Shown: piece by piece, positions 19,547 to 28,501 of the stretch
Layout of the letters: the number at the start of each line of letters is the position of its first letter
Numbering within the stretch: the first letter of the stretch is position 1
DNA from: an uncultured Hyphomonadaceae bacterium
GTDB lineage: Bacteria; Pseudomonadota; Alphaproteobacteria; Caulobacterales; Maricaulaceae
Assembly: GCA_913058335.1 (NCBI GenBank)
Contig: CAJXPX010000001.1
Span: forward strand, 182,618 to 246,617
Direction of reading: 5' to 3'
DNA length: 64,000 bases
Position numbers and translations under genes: made by a program
The notes under the pieces: model-generated
Databases searched by the model: none
What the model saw: only the letters and a program-made list of their open reading frames with translations
What the model was told of the DNA's origin: nothing

Positions 19547-21019
19547 ATGATGGGTCGTTCTATGCTCGCCTATATTCCAGTGAATATCGCAAACCTTTTT
19601 GTGAGCTTTGGCACAGTCGTCATTTTGACCCGTTTGCTTTCCGCCGAAGAATTTGGGCGATATGCAATTGCAGTTATCACAATGCAGTTCGCTCATATGT
19701 TGGTGTTCACTTGGATTGAAGCCTCTGCGGCGCGGTTCCAAGCGCGTGCTGATCGAGATGGAGAGACTGCCTCATATCTCAAAACCCTTTACACATTAGG
19801 GGTAGGTATGAGCCTTATTGCAAGCATCTTTTTTGCTGCTGTTCTTTTTTTGATGCCTGTATCCAGCGTCATGAAAACGGTCTTGGCATTTGCTATCGGG
19901 TCAACTTGTTTACAGGTGTTTTTCAATATCGGTATGGAAGTCCATAAAGCCGCCCATCGGATAAAACGCTATTCCCTCAGCTTTTCTACACAGACTCTCC
20001 TTAGTTTTTCTATCGGGGTTATTCTGATCTTAACAACTCCCCTGAAAGAATCCGGACCATTTGTCGGCATAATCATTGGCGTGATTATTGTCCTCACATG
20101 CGACCTTATTTTTATGTTGCCTCGAGTAAAAGGCGGTACTTTCGACCCTGAAAAGGTCAAGACATATGCGCGATACGGAGTCCCGATTAGCTTGTCCCTA
20201 ATCTTGGCTATCGCGCTCAGCTCAGCCGACATTTATTTGATCGCCGCTTTTATGGGGGAAGCATCTGCCGGAGAATACAATGCGGGATATAATCTGGCCA
20301 ATAGAAGTGTCGAAATGCTTTTTATCTGGCTTTCCATGGCCGTCACGCCCATGGCGATTACCGCCTTTGAAAAAAGCGGATCACAAGTTTCTGAAACGAT
20401 TATGCGCGATTACGGCGCTTCCTTGCTTTGGATAACTCTTCCGGCGGCCACGGGGATTGCCCTCGTCGCCAAAGATGCCGGATTTATTCTTGGCGAATCT
20501 GTGCGTCAAAACGCGGTTACAGTCATGCCCTGGATTGCCTTTGCCGGCGTGTTGAATGGATTTATCAACTATTACGTTCAACGCGCCTTTGTACTTTCGG
20601 GCGAAACAAAATCCTTTGTTTGGGTCTTACTCGCCCCTTTCGGCTTGAATATCGGCCTCAACCTATGGCTAATTCCGAAATATGGTTTACTGGGCGCGGT
20701 CTTTGCAACCATAGCAGCATATAGCCTTGGCGCCTTAATAGCGTTTGTCGTGGCCCGACGTTATTATCCTCTGCCTTTTCCTGTCAAAGCTTTCGCAAAA
20801 ATTTCATTTGCCTGTTTCTGCATGGCTATTTCGGTTCTTCTTATGCCTTTGCCTGAGGGCTGGCCAAGTGCAGCTCGACTTCTAGCCAAAGCCGGATGGG
20901 GCGCGAGCGTTTATATGACAGTCTGCTGGGTAATAAATGCTGCAAATTGCCGAAATGTTTTAGTGTTAATATTTACAAAATTCCGGCCAAGCCTGTCAGC
21001 GGAGATTATCCGTGACTGA
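19547..21019 (+). CDS. Wzx-type oligosaccharide flippase (HfsF-like)
   Basis: ILTRLLSAEEFGRYA, many TM segments, LNLWLIPKYGLLGAVFAT; position within the hfs-like cluster. Confidence 0.88.
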   Translation: MMGRSMLAYIPVNIANLFVSFGTVVILTRLLSAEEFGRYAIAVITMQFAHMLVFTWIEASAARFQARADRDGETASYLKTLYTLGVGMSLIASIFFAAVLFLMPVSSVMKTVLAFAIGSTCLQVFFNIGMEVHKAAHRIKRYSLSFSTQTLLSFSIGVILILTTPLKESGPFVGIIIGVIIVLTCDLIFMLPRVKGGTFDPEKVKTYARYGVPISLSLILAIALSSADIYLIAAFMGEASAGEYNAGYNLANRSVEMLFIWLSMAVTPMAITAFEKSGSQVSETIMRDYGASLLWITLPAATGIALVAKDAGFILGESVRQNAVTVMPWIAFAGVLNGFINYYVQRAFVLSGETKSFVWVLLAPFGLNIGLNLWLIPKYGLLGAVFATIAAYSLGALIAFVVARRYYPLPFPVKAFAKISFACFCMAISVLLMPLPEGWPSAARLLAKAGWGASVYMTVCWVINAANCRNVLVLIFTKFRPSLSAEIIRD

Positions 21020-21935
21020 TATTTTCACCAACCTGCCCTATGATAAAATGGCCCCTAAGCTTTCAGTGCTCATACCTTTTTTCAATGATGATGCCTCCGA
21101 CCTCATTAAAGACTTGGCCAGGCAAAAGTGTTCTGAGTCTATTGAGGTCGTCCTTGTGGATGACGGCTCGGAGCGACTAGATTTAACAAGCCGGCTCCAA
21201 AGCCTCATAACAAGTTTACCAATTGGAATTTGTCTTATTACTCTAAAACAGAATGAAGGACGAGCGGCAGCTCGAAACCATTTACAACAGGCAGCTCGAA
21301 GTGATTGGTTGTTGTTCTTAGACGCCGATATGCGGCCCGCTAGCCTGGATTTTTTACAAAGCTATCTCAATGAAATTAGCCGGAATGAATCAGACATAAT
21401 TTTCGGCGGATTTAATGTTGAAAGTGACACTCGGGATAAAGAGGGTGCTCTTCACAGAGCCCTTTCGGCGGTATCAGACTGCTTGTCGCTGACAGAAAGA
21501 CAAGCCGCCGGGCCGCAACATGTTGCCTCCTCAAACCTTTGTCTCCGTAAATCTATAATCAGGGCAGAACCGTTCGATAACGGATTTATTGGCTGGGGAT
21601 GGGAAGACAGCGAATGGGCTGCCAGAGTTTCCAAAAACTACAAATTAGTACATATAGACAATCCCGCACTACATCTTGGTCTGGAAAGTGATGACACACT
21701 TTTAAATCGGTTTAAAACGAGCGGGCCTAATTATGCAAGGTTTACTGAGAAGCATCCTGACCTCGCCAAGACCCTCACCCTTTATCGCCTCTCCAAAATT
21801 TTGAAAAAAGTTCCGGGACAGAAACTTGGACGGCCTCTATTGAAATGGCTGGTAAAGTCACCAGCCCCCATGCGCGCCCGGTTAATGGCCCTAAAGCTCT
21901 GGCGGGCGTCTTGGTATGCGGATGCAATTGAATGA
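21012..21935 (+). CDS. Glycosyltransferase family 2 (HfsG-like)
   Basis: LSVLIPFFN, VVLVDDGS, NEGRAAARN, LFLDADM, GWGWEDSEWA. Confidence 0.9.
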   Translation: MTDIFTNLPYDKMAPKLSVLIPFFNDDASDLIKDLARQKCSESIEVVLVDDGSERLDLTSRLQSLITSLPIGICLITLKQNEGRAAARNHLQQAARSDWLLFLDADMRPASLDFLQSYLNEISRNESDIIFGGFNVESDTRDKEGALHRALSAVSDCLSLTERQAAGPQHVASSNLCLRKSIIRAEPFDNGFIGWGWEDSEWAARVSKNYKLVHIDNPALHLGLESDDTLLNRFKTSGPNYARFTEKHPDLAKTLTLYRLSKILKKVPGQKLGRPLLKWLVKSPAPMRARLMALKLWRASWYADAIE

Positions 21936-22702
21936 GTACGCCGAACGAATATCCGGTTTTTGTTCCGTCGAAATCCCTTTCATCGCGAATTGGTCGGCGT
22001 CTTGTAAAATACCGCGCCCAAAGAATGATGCCCTTTAATTATGACAAATCTATTGTCAGCTTTTCATTTGATGATTGCCCCCGCTCTGTGATGGAAAATG
22101 CGCTTCCGGTTCTAGAAGACCGAAATTGGCGCGGGACGATTTATGCCGCGATGGGACTATGCGGTATAACCAATCATCTAGGCTTGCATATGAGTCGAAA
22201 CGATATGAGTGCCGTCCACGAAAAAGGACACCATATTGACGGGCACACCTTTTCTCACATAAGCGCTCGCTCCGTTCCTCTCGACATTTTCTTGTCGGAT
22301 ATTGAAAAAAATAAGGCGGCTTTTGCAGAGATCGGGCTCCCAATTCCCCGAACATTTGCTTATCCTTATGGCGAAGTATCTTTAGAGGCAAAAAAAGCCC
22401 TAAGTGAGATATACCCCCTGCTTCGCGGCATACATTCTCCAAATGGCCAGACCGCTTTGGATCTTAATCAGACCGCCTCACAACGCCTTTATTCCGGAGA
22501 GGATTTTAAGGCCTCTCTTAGCGCAGTTGATAGATTAAAAACCTCTCCGGCCTGGCTGATTTTGTTCACACATGACGTTCGGGAAAGCCCGAGTGAATAC
22601 GGGTGCACTCCTTCTGAGTTTAAGACAATTATTCAAGCCGTTGAACGCTCTGGCGCGGAAGTTTTACCCGTGGCAGAGGCGTTGGCTCGGCTTCAGGGAT
22701 AA
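21932..22702 (+). CDS. Polysaccharide deacetylase (CE4, HfsH-like)
   Basis: SFSFDDCP, GHTFSH, FAYPYGE, WLILFTHDV. Confidence 0.9.
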   Translation: MSTPNEYPVFVPSKSLSSRIGRRLVKYRAQRMMPFNYDKSIVSFSFDDCPRSVMENALPVLEDRNWRGTIYAAMGLCGITNHLGLHMSRNDMSAVHEKGHHIDGHTFSHISARSVPLDIFLSDIEKNKAAFAEIGLPIPRTFAYPYGEVSLEAKKALSEIYPLLRGIHSPNGQTALDLNQTASQRLYSGEDFKASLSAVDRLKTSPAWLILFTHDVRESPSEYGCTPSEFKTIIQAVERSGAEVLPVAEALARLQG

Positions 22703-22703
22703 T

Positions 22704-23636
22704 ATGATGAGTGGTACTTGGCAGGACATTGGGGTGTCTATCGTAATACCCACCTATAAACGTCCGGATGATGTGGTCCGGGCCCTGAGAAGTATTGAAA
22801 CTCAAGCCAAAGACCATAAGCTGTGCGAGATTGTGGTCGTGGATAATGATCCAGAGCATTCCGCCAAAGACGCCGTTGAGGCATTTATTCGACAAAGCTC
22901 TGCCCATATCACTTTTATTCATGAGCCTAACCCCGGCGTTTCAAATGCAAGAAATACAGCTCTTGAACATGCAAGAGGACGTTTTATCGCTTTTCTCGAC
23001 GATGATATGGAGGCTTGCCCCAAATGGTTATCCTACTCGCTACAAGCAGCAAATGACTATCAAGCCGGACTTGTTTTCGGCCCTGTCAAAGCCGTTATGC
23101 CGAAAGAGACTGATCCATATTACGAATATATGTCGGGAGCATTTGACCGTATTCCCTATGAGCAAGACGGTTATATTGACAGAGGTGTTGCAACGGGGGG
23201 ATGTCTCATAGACAGACAATGCGCCCCCTTTCCTACGCCGGTTTTCGACCCTTCTTTTAACCAGTCAGGCGGAGAAGACGATATGTTTTTCCGATACTTG
23301 CTGCGGCGCGGAGTCAAAGCCTATTGGACAACCGATGCCAAATGTTTGGAACATGTCCCTGCAAAACGGGCGACCTTGTCCTATGTCTGGAAAAGAAACT
23401 TTGCTTTCGGCCAAGGCCCCACACAAGAAGCATTTGATAAAGGCGTTCGCGGATTGCCAGGCATGATTTTTTGGATGATTGTCGGGGGCGCGCAAAGCCT
23501 GATATCTTTGCCCGGTTTAGCTTTCTATAGTTTGATCGGCTCTCCAAAACGCGCTCGGTCTTTGGTCAAATTTGCCCAAGGCATAGGCAAAATATTTTGG
23601 ATCAAAGCCTTCAATCCAAAATTATATGGAAATTAG
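22704..23636 (+). CDS. Glycosyltransferase family 2 (second GT2 of the cluster)
   Basis: SIVIPTYKRP, VVVDND, GVSNARN, AFLDDD, GGED; start moved to ATG 22704, just after the deacetylase stop. Confidence 0.88.
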   Translation: MMSGTWQDIGVSIVIPTYKRPDDVVRALRSIETQAKDHKLCEIVVVDNDPEHSAKDAVEAFIRQSSAHITFIHEPNPGVSNARNTALEHARGRFIAFLDDDMEACPKWLSYSLQAANDYQAGLVFGPVKAVMPKETDPYYEYMSGAFDRIPYEQDGYIDRGVATGGCLIDRQCAPFPTPVFDPSFNQSGGEDDMFFRYLLRRGVKAYWTTDAKCLEHVPAKRATLSYVWKRNFAFGQGPTQEAFDKGVRGLPGMIFWMIVGGAQSLISLPGLAFYSLIGSPKRARSLVKFAQGIGKIFWIKAFNPKLYGN

Positions 23637-23651
23637 CGCGCTTTTTGCAGC

Positions 23652-25664
23652 CTAGCTTGAATAGGGATTGTTGCCGTAAGGCTGCTGAGGCCCTTCGTCT
23701 TGCTGCTGCGGATGAGGCTCCGCATAAAAATTACCATTAGGATGATACCCCTGAGGCACTCCGCTCTGCGGATAGGCTGGTGCCGCATAAGTTTCCGCTG
23801 GCGGCACCCACTCGACGGGGCCATTTTGAGAAATCGGGTCATTTGGCGGGATAGGTGCAGTGTGTTGTACTGGCATAGTCTGGGCATAAGCTTCAGCCTG
23901 ATGCTCATAGGCTGTGTTTTGATACGGGTCGGCTGGGTAAGCTTCAGTCGCCGCGCTCTGATATCTCGCCCCGTTATCATATCTCTGCTGTGCATCCTCT
24001 GAAGCCGCATACTCATAAGGAACAGCCGCAGGATAAGGAGTAACTGGCTCTGGAATTTGCGCTCCGGGAGCGATGGAGGAGGGCTGCTCCTCCCGTCTGA
24101 GTCGGGCGGAGGCGCTTTTGCTCGTATAGAGCCGTGGATCAAGGAAGACCCGCGCCATCGCTATCATGAATAAAGTGAAGCCCCACCCAAGAACTGCCAG
24201 AGCAAACATGAGCATTCGTAAATTACGACCCTTTACAGCGTAACGCGCGCGGGAAATCTCCCGGACGTTTTCGTTATTTGACTCTGATTGTTTTTGATTG
24301 ATAAGCGCTTCCTGCTCTTTGGCATTATAAGTATTAAGGCGATCTGCCAGAGTGTCGCGTTCCCGCTGAAGATTTTGGTATTCGGGGTAAAGCTGGGTCA
24401 AACGGCGAACTTTTGCATCCGCGCTATTGAGCTGACGTTGAAGTGTATATTCTTTTTCCCGCAAGGAATCCGCGGTGGACTGTAAAGTATTTCGGCGTGT
24501 GGCAAGTTCTTGAAAAACCGGGTTTGGCCCGACACGTCGTCCGCCCGACGCCTGACCATTATAGCCTGATTGAACAGAGCGTAACTGCTCAAGCTCAGCT
24601 CTTTTCTGGCGAACCGGGTCGCTATTCGGCAAATATTTCGCCAAAAGCTGCCCAAGTTCAAGTTCCGCTTGGGCGATACGTTGCGAAGCCCGGTCATCTC
24701 GGTAGAGATCAATCGTCTGCGCCGTCAGACGTAGCTGATCTTCAACTTTAGCCAAGGCGGCTTCAGTTTCTGATATTTCGGCCCGGGTCAAATTCAAACT
24801 CGCCTTCAAATCTTCAGACCGCTTCTGAGCGCCCTCTTTTTCAGAATCGAAATCGGATATATTGTTTTTATCCAATAGCCCCGCAATCATACGCTCATTT
24901 TGATTTAGCTGTTGTTCTGTTGCGATCCGGCGTTGCGCAATAACGTCTCCTGACCCCTCAACGAACACACTTCGGCGAAACGTTTTATAAGTATCCATAA
25001 AGGCATTCAGCGTTTCGACGGCGATAGCAGGATCTTCATGCTTGTAAAAAAGTTGAATGATAGAGGATTTCGGCTGAGGCATAACCACAAAGGCCGATTC
25101 CACCCGCTTGCGGCGCTCCATCTGTGCTTCCCGAATTTTAGCTTGATTGTTACCTGCGTCTCGAAGGCTCTTTTCGGCCGCCTCATCAAAGCGAAGGCTT
25201 TCAGCGGGTGTCGAAGTCATTTGACCAATGACAGCATCTATGACTTCGGGGTTTTTAATAATGGCGAGTTCATTCAGCGTAATCGTATCTGAGGTGATTT
25301 GAAGATTATTTTGAGGGTTTTGCGATCCCACACCTTGATAAACATATTCATCCCCAAGCTGAACCATCAAGCTCCCATGGGCGGTGTAACTTCGTTTAAA
25401 GTCTTTCGTGACGAACCAGGCAATAATGACCCCGACGACAAACAACGGAATCACCCATCTGAGTTGTCGACCAAAAGACTTCACCGCTTCTGAAAGACGA
25501 ATGTTCGGAACACCTTGAGCGTAATCTGAAACTGTCAGATCTCCCTTTCGGACAGTCGCGCTCTGAGAGTCGGTTCGGCCTCTGCGGTCATAACCTGACG
25601 CATTCCCCGCGATCTCATCACGGTTCCTACGTTTTTTTCCAAGACCAAATACGGCCATATCCAT
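23652..25664 (-). CDS. Polysaccharide co-polymerase (HfsA/GumC/Wzc-N-like) with low-complexity C-terminal tail
   Basis: Two TM segments flanking a long coiled-coil periplasmic region (VQLGDEYVYQ); divergent from a Wza-like gene, as hfsA is from hfsD. Confidence 0.85.
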   Translation of the reverse strand: MDMAVFGLGKKRRNRDEIAGNASGYDRRGRTDSQSATVRKGDLTVSDYAQGVPNIRLSEAVKSFGRQLRWVIPLFVVGVIIAWFVTKDFKRSYTAHGSLMVQLGDEYVYQGVGSQNPQNNLQITSDTITLNELAIIKNPEVIDAVIGQMTSTPAESLRFDEAAEKSLRDAGNNQAKIREAQMERRKRVESAFVVMPQPKSSIIQLFYKHEDPAIAVETLNAFMDTYKTFRRSVFVEGSGDVIAQRRIATEQQLNQNERMIAGLLDKNNISDFDSEKEGAQKRSEDLKASLNLTRAEISETEAALAKVEDQLRLTAQTIDLYRDDRASQRIAQAELELGQLLAKYLPNSDPVRQKRAELEQLRSVQSGYNGQASGGRRVGPNPVFQELATRRNTLQSTADSLREKEYTLQRQLNSADAKVRRLTQLYPEYQNLQRERDTLADRLNTYNAKEQEALINQKQSESNNENVREISRARYAVKGRNLRMLMFALAVLGWGFTLFMIAMARVFLDPRLYTSKSASARLRREEQPSSIAPGAQIPEPVTPYPAAVPYEYAASEDAQQRYDNGARYQSAATEAYPADPYQNTAYEHQAEAYAQTMPVQHTAPIPPNDPISQNGPVEWVPPAETYAAPAYPQSGVPQGYHPNGNFYAEPHPQQQDEGPQQPYGNNPYSS

Positions 25665-25702
25665 CCTCAGTTTGATTCGTTAACTATAAAGCCTCCTAAA
25701 TT

Positions 25703-25717
25703 TTAATATTTCCTTAT
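25703..25717 (+). promoter_or_regulatory. Possible CtrA box in the hfsA/hfsD intergenic region
   Basis: TTAA-tatttcc-TTAT, one mismatch from TTAA-N7-TTAA; the region is AT-rich, so a chance match is possible. Confidence 0.35.
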
Positions 25718-25782
25718 CCATTCTTGTTAAGACTCGAAAAAATTGACCTAATAGCGTCTAAACCACAATTCGAGCCTTATTT

Positions 25783-26685
25783 ATGCAGAAGCCCTTGAAA
25801 TTCCTAAGCTTGATGCTGCTTGCCGGAACATTTCTAGGCGGCGTTTCGACCGAATCAGTGGCACAGTCCAGATACGGAAATTCAGTTCCGCAGGGGCAAA
25901 TGCATGGCGCTTACCATTCAAGCCCAGTACAAACAGGTCGTTATGGACACCTTCCGCCTAAAAAATATGGTGGATTGATGGCCCGGCTGCGCGGAGAAAA
26001 ACATCCCGCCTACCAAATACCCGCGCGACCGGCTCCGATCGGGTCGATGTTTCAACAATGGAGAGAATGGGAACCGGATTACCTAATACAACCTGAAGAC
26101 CAACTCGACATTGTCGTGTCTTCGGCGCCTGAGCTTTCCCGGACACTCACGGTTGGACCAGACGGCCGCATCGTGATGCCGATGAGCGAACCGGTAATGG
26201 CGGCCGGACGAAGTTTTGTTCACGTTCAGCACCTTTTGCGGGCTGAATTATCCAAACAATTACGCGATCCAACAGTCGCCGTGACCCCGCGCGCTTATGC
26301 CCCGCAGCAGATTTTTGTCGGCGGAGAAGTTGGGACGCCAGGGACATACACAATCCCAGGACAAATCGGCGCTTTGGAAGCTGTTTTAATGGCCGGCGGA
26401 ATGCGGCCAACAGCGAGAACCTCTCAAGTCGCCGTTCTAAGACGAGCCCCAAATGGCGGCATGATGATGCGGACAGTAAATATCAAAAATGGACTGTCTA
26501 ATATCCGAGAATATAATGACAACATGCAGTTACGTCGTGGCGATATAATTTACGTGCCACAATCCACCATTGCAGAGGTTGGAACATTCATGCAGAATTT
26601 CCGTAACGCACTGCCTGTCGGCGTCAATTTGAGCTATCAGTTCGGCAATAATGGAAATAACGGAACCACCGTAATTTCGCCTTAA
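25783..26685 (+). CDS. Polysaccharide export protein (Wza/HfsD-like)
   Basis: YLIQPEDQLDIVV, VGPDGRIVMP, IFVGGEVGTPG, LRRGDIIYVP (Poly_export plus SLBB pattern). Confidence 0.9.
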   Translation: MQKPLKFLSLMLLAGTFLGGVSTESVAQSRYGNSVPQGQMHGAYHSSPVQTGRYGHLPPKKYGGLMARLRGEKHPAYQIPARPAPIGSMFQQWREWEPDYLIQPEDQLDIVVSSAPELSRTLTVGPDGRIVMPMSEPVMAAGRSFVHVQHLLRAELSKQLRDPTVAVTPRAYAPQQIFVGGEVGTPGTYTIPGQIGALEAVLMAGGMRPTARTSQVAVLRRAPNGGMMMRTVNIKNGLSNIREYNDNMQLRRGDIIYVPQSTIAEVGTFMQNFRNALPVGVNLSYQFGNNGNNGTTVISP

Positions 26686-26725
26686 TTGTCTAAGTCTTCC
26701 TGACTAAGTAACAGACTCTTTCAAT

Positions 26726-26750
26726 TAGGCGGCAAACCCGCCTATTTTCT
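26726..26750 (+). terminator. Intrinsic terminator between the convergent hfsD-like and Sel1 genes
   Basis: TAGGCGG-caaac-CCGCCTA followed by TTTTCTT. Confidence 0.7.
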
Positions 26751-26764
26751 TATTTTATTCGCAG

Positions 26765-27061
26765 CTAAGCTGCTGTCGGAACCATCTGACGGTTTTCAGC
26801 CAGCCAGCCACGCGCGGCTTTGAGTGCGAGCGTTACATCCTGAGAACTCATCTCGTTTTTCAACTGAGACTGATACGCTTTAGCCGGGCTTGAGCCCATC
26901 ATGGCTGCCAAGCTGAACCATTTATGCGCCTCAACGAAGTCCGGACCCCGGTCCTCGACATCTGTTGAGTAAATCAGTCCCAAACGGAACATGTCATCTG
27001 AATTAGCTTGAACGGCGACAGCCTGTTCGGCTTCCTGTACTTCGAGTGTTGTAAAGGCCAT
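26765..27061 (-). CDS. Small Sel1-like repeat protein
   Basis: MFRLGLIYST...DFVEAHKWFSLAAMMG...A, a single Sel1 repeat pattern common in Alphaproteobacteria. Confidence 0.8.
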   Translation of the reverse strand: MAFTTLEVQEAEQAVAVQANSDDMFRLGLIYSTDVEDRGPDFVEAHKWFSLAAMMGSSPAKAYQSQLKNEMSSQDVTLALKAARGWLAENRQMVPTAA

Positions 27062-27190
27062 TTGACCCCCCTGTGTTTATCCATCTCACCTAATACCTTC
27101 GAGAGCCCTTGAGAGAGGTCTTTCGAGGCCGTCTTTCGCGCCGGATTTTTCCGTGTCACTCAAGGCGTGATCAGACTTTTGCCTGACAGG

Positions 27191-27233
27191 ATAAACATAG
27201 AGTTAATTTCAAACAGGGTTAATTGGGGTTTAT
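27191..27233. promoter_or_regulatory. Two CtrA-like boxes upstream of the Sel1 gene
   Basis: TTAA-ctctatg-TTTA (minus, 27206-27192) and TTAA-ttggggt-TTAT (plus, 27219-27233). Confidence 0.4.
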
Positions 27234-27435
27234 AGTTGTTAAATGAAGTAAATATGAGTTACTAATAAGTTATATTACAATTAAAACTCCCTTACACTTG
27301 GTAAAACTCAAGCATAGATGAATTATAGAGTCTGTAGAAGTCAAGCATACCAACTTTGAAAAAAATCGAAAAAAATGTTATATTTTTTAAAAATTCCTGT
27401 TTTAGGTCACTTTTTGGTGTCTTAAAAGTCGGATT

Positions 27436-28125
27436 TTAGTCATAAAATTTCGAAACGTCTTCCAGTTTTGCCCGGTCTGCATAGAGATCGTTGACAGGGT
27501 GATCCGGATTTCCATATCCAAGAGACATCCCCACTAGAACCTCTTGTTCGTCGGGCACATCCAAAAATGTTTCAATCAAATCCGGCCAATTACGCCACCA
27601 CCCTTGCGGCGCCGTATGCAGCCCGTGTTCTCTGGCAAGCAACATAATGGATTGAAGCAAGATGCCCACATCCATATATTGCGGCATGTTGAGGCGTTTA
27701 TCACCTGTAATAATGAGGCCCACAGGCGCTTCGAAGAATTTTATATTTTGTAAAAGCCACTTCAGACGGCCGGCCTTATTATCTTTTTCAATATCTAACA
27801 GGGCATACATATCTTCGCCCAATTTATAGCGCCAAGAACGGTGCGGCTCCCACAGCGGCGAAGGATAAGCAGGGTGGGTTGGCTCCTCTGTCTCGCCAGC
27901 CTTAGCCCGCCTCACGCCTTCTTCTGTTAGTTTTTGAAGCGTCTCGCCCCTCACCACATGAATATTCCACGGCTGAAGGTTTCCGCCGGACGGGCTTCGC
28001 ATTGCCTTTTTTAGAATTTCTCGCAACAGTTCATCCGGAACCGGCTTGTCCAGAAAATCCCGCGTTGTGATGCGTGTCTCTAGAGCCCTTGTAACAGTAG
28101 AGGATTTTCCCGTATCTAAACTCAT
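27436..28125 (-). CDS. Nitroreductase family protein
   Basis: RITTRDFLDKPVP, RSPSGGNLQPW, FFEAPV, GMSLGYG. Confidence 0.92.
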   Translation of the reverse strand: MSLDTGKSSTVTRALETRITTRDFLDKPVPDELLREILKKAMRSPSGGNLQPWNIHVVRGETLQKLTEEGVRRAKAGETEEPTHPAYPSPLWEPHRSWRYKLGEDMYALLDIEKDNKAGRLKWLLQNIKFFEAPVGLIITGDKRLNMPQYMDVGILLQSIMLLAREHGLHTAPQGWWRNWPDLIETFLDVPDEQEVLVGMSLGYGNPDHPVNDLYADRAKLEDVSKFYD

Positions 28126-28298
28126 TTATTTCGTTCCTTCAATTTCGCAACCCAAACAAGCACAAGATAGTCCAAGATTCCAACCCCTGCTCCGACCAGC
28201 AGGGCCAGAGCCAAGTTCTGGCTTTGTTGATAGAACAAAACGGCAAGTCCCGAGCCGATAATCAAAGCGCCAAAGGCTGGACCTTGTTGGATTTTCAT
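28122..28298 (-). CDS. Small 58-aa two-TM membrane protein (absent from the ORF track)
   Basis: My translation: MKIQQGPAFGALIIGSGLAVLFYQQSQNLALALLVGAGVGILDYLVLVWVAKLKERNK. ATGA overlaps with both neighbours; resembles the upstream 68-aa ORF. Confidence 0.75.
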   Translation of the reverse strand: MKIQQGPAFGALIIGSGLAVLFYQQSQNLALALLVGAGVGILDYLVLVWVAKLKERNK

Positions 28299-28501
28299 AA
28301 CCGATCTCGAGCTTTGAATGTTTTTGTCAAAACATAGCGCAAGGCCAAATAATCCGACACGCCAATCACGGCCCCTATTGCAGAAGAGGCAAGCGGCCCT
28401 AAATTTGTTAGCACAATTAGCGCGTAAGCTACGCCAATCGCAAAGATAAGTCCGCTAAAGGCCGCAATCGTAAAAGATATCAAATTCAGATTATTCTGCA
28501 A
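28295..28501 (-). CDS. Small 68-aa two-TM membrane protein
   Basis: Starts 1 nt after the gatB stop; two hydrophobic helices; AIGAVIGVSDYLALRYV. Confidence 0.72.
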   Translation of the reverse strand: MQNNLNLISFTIAAFSGLIFAIGVAYALIVLTNLGPLASSAIGAVIGVSDYLALRYVLTKTFKARDRL

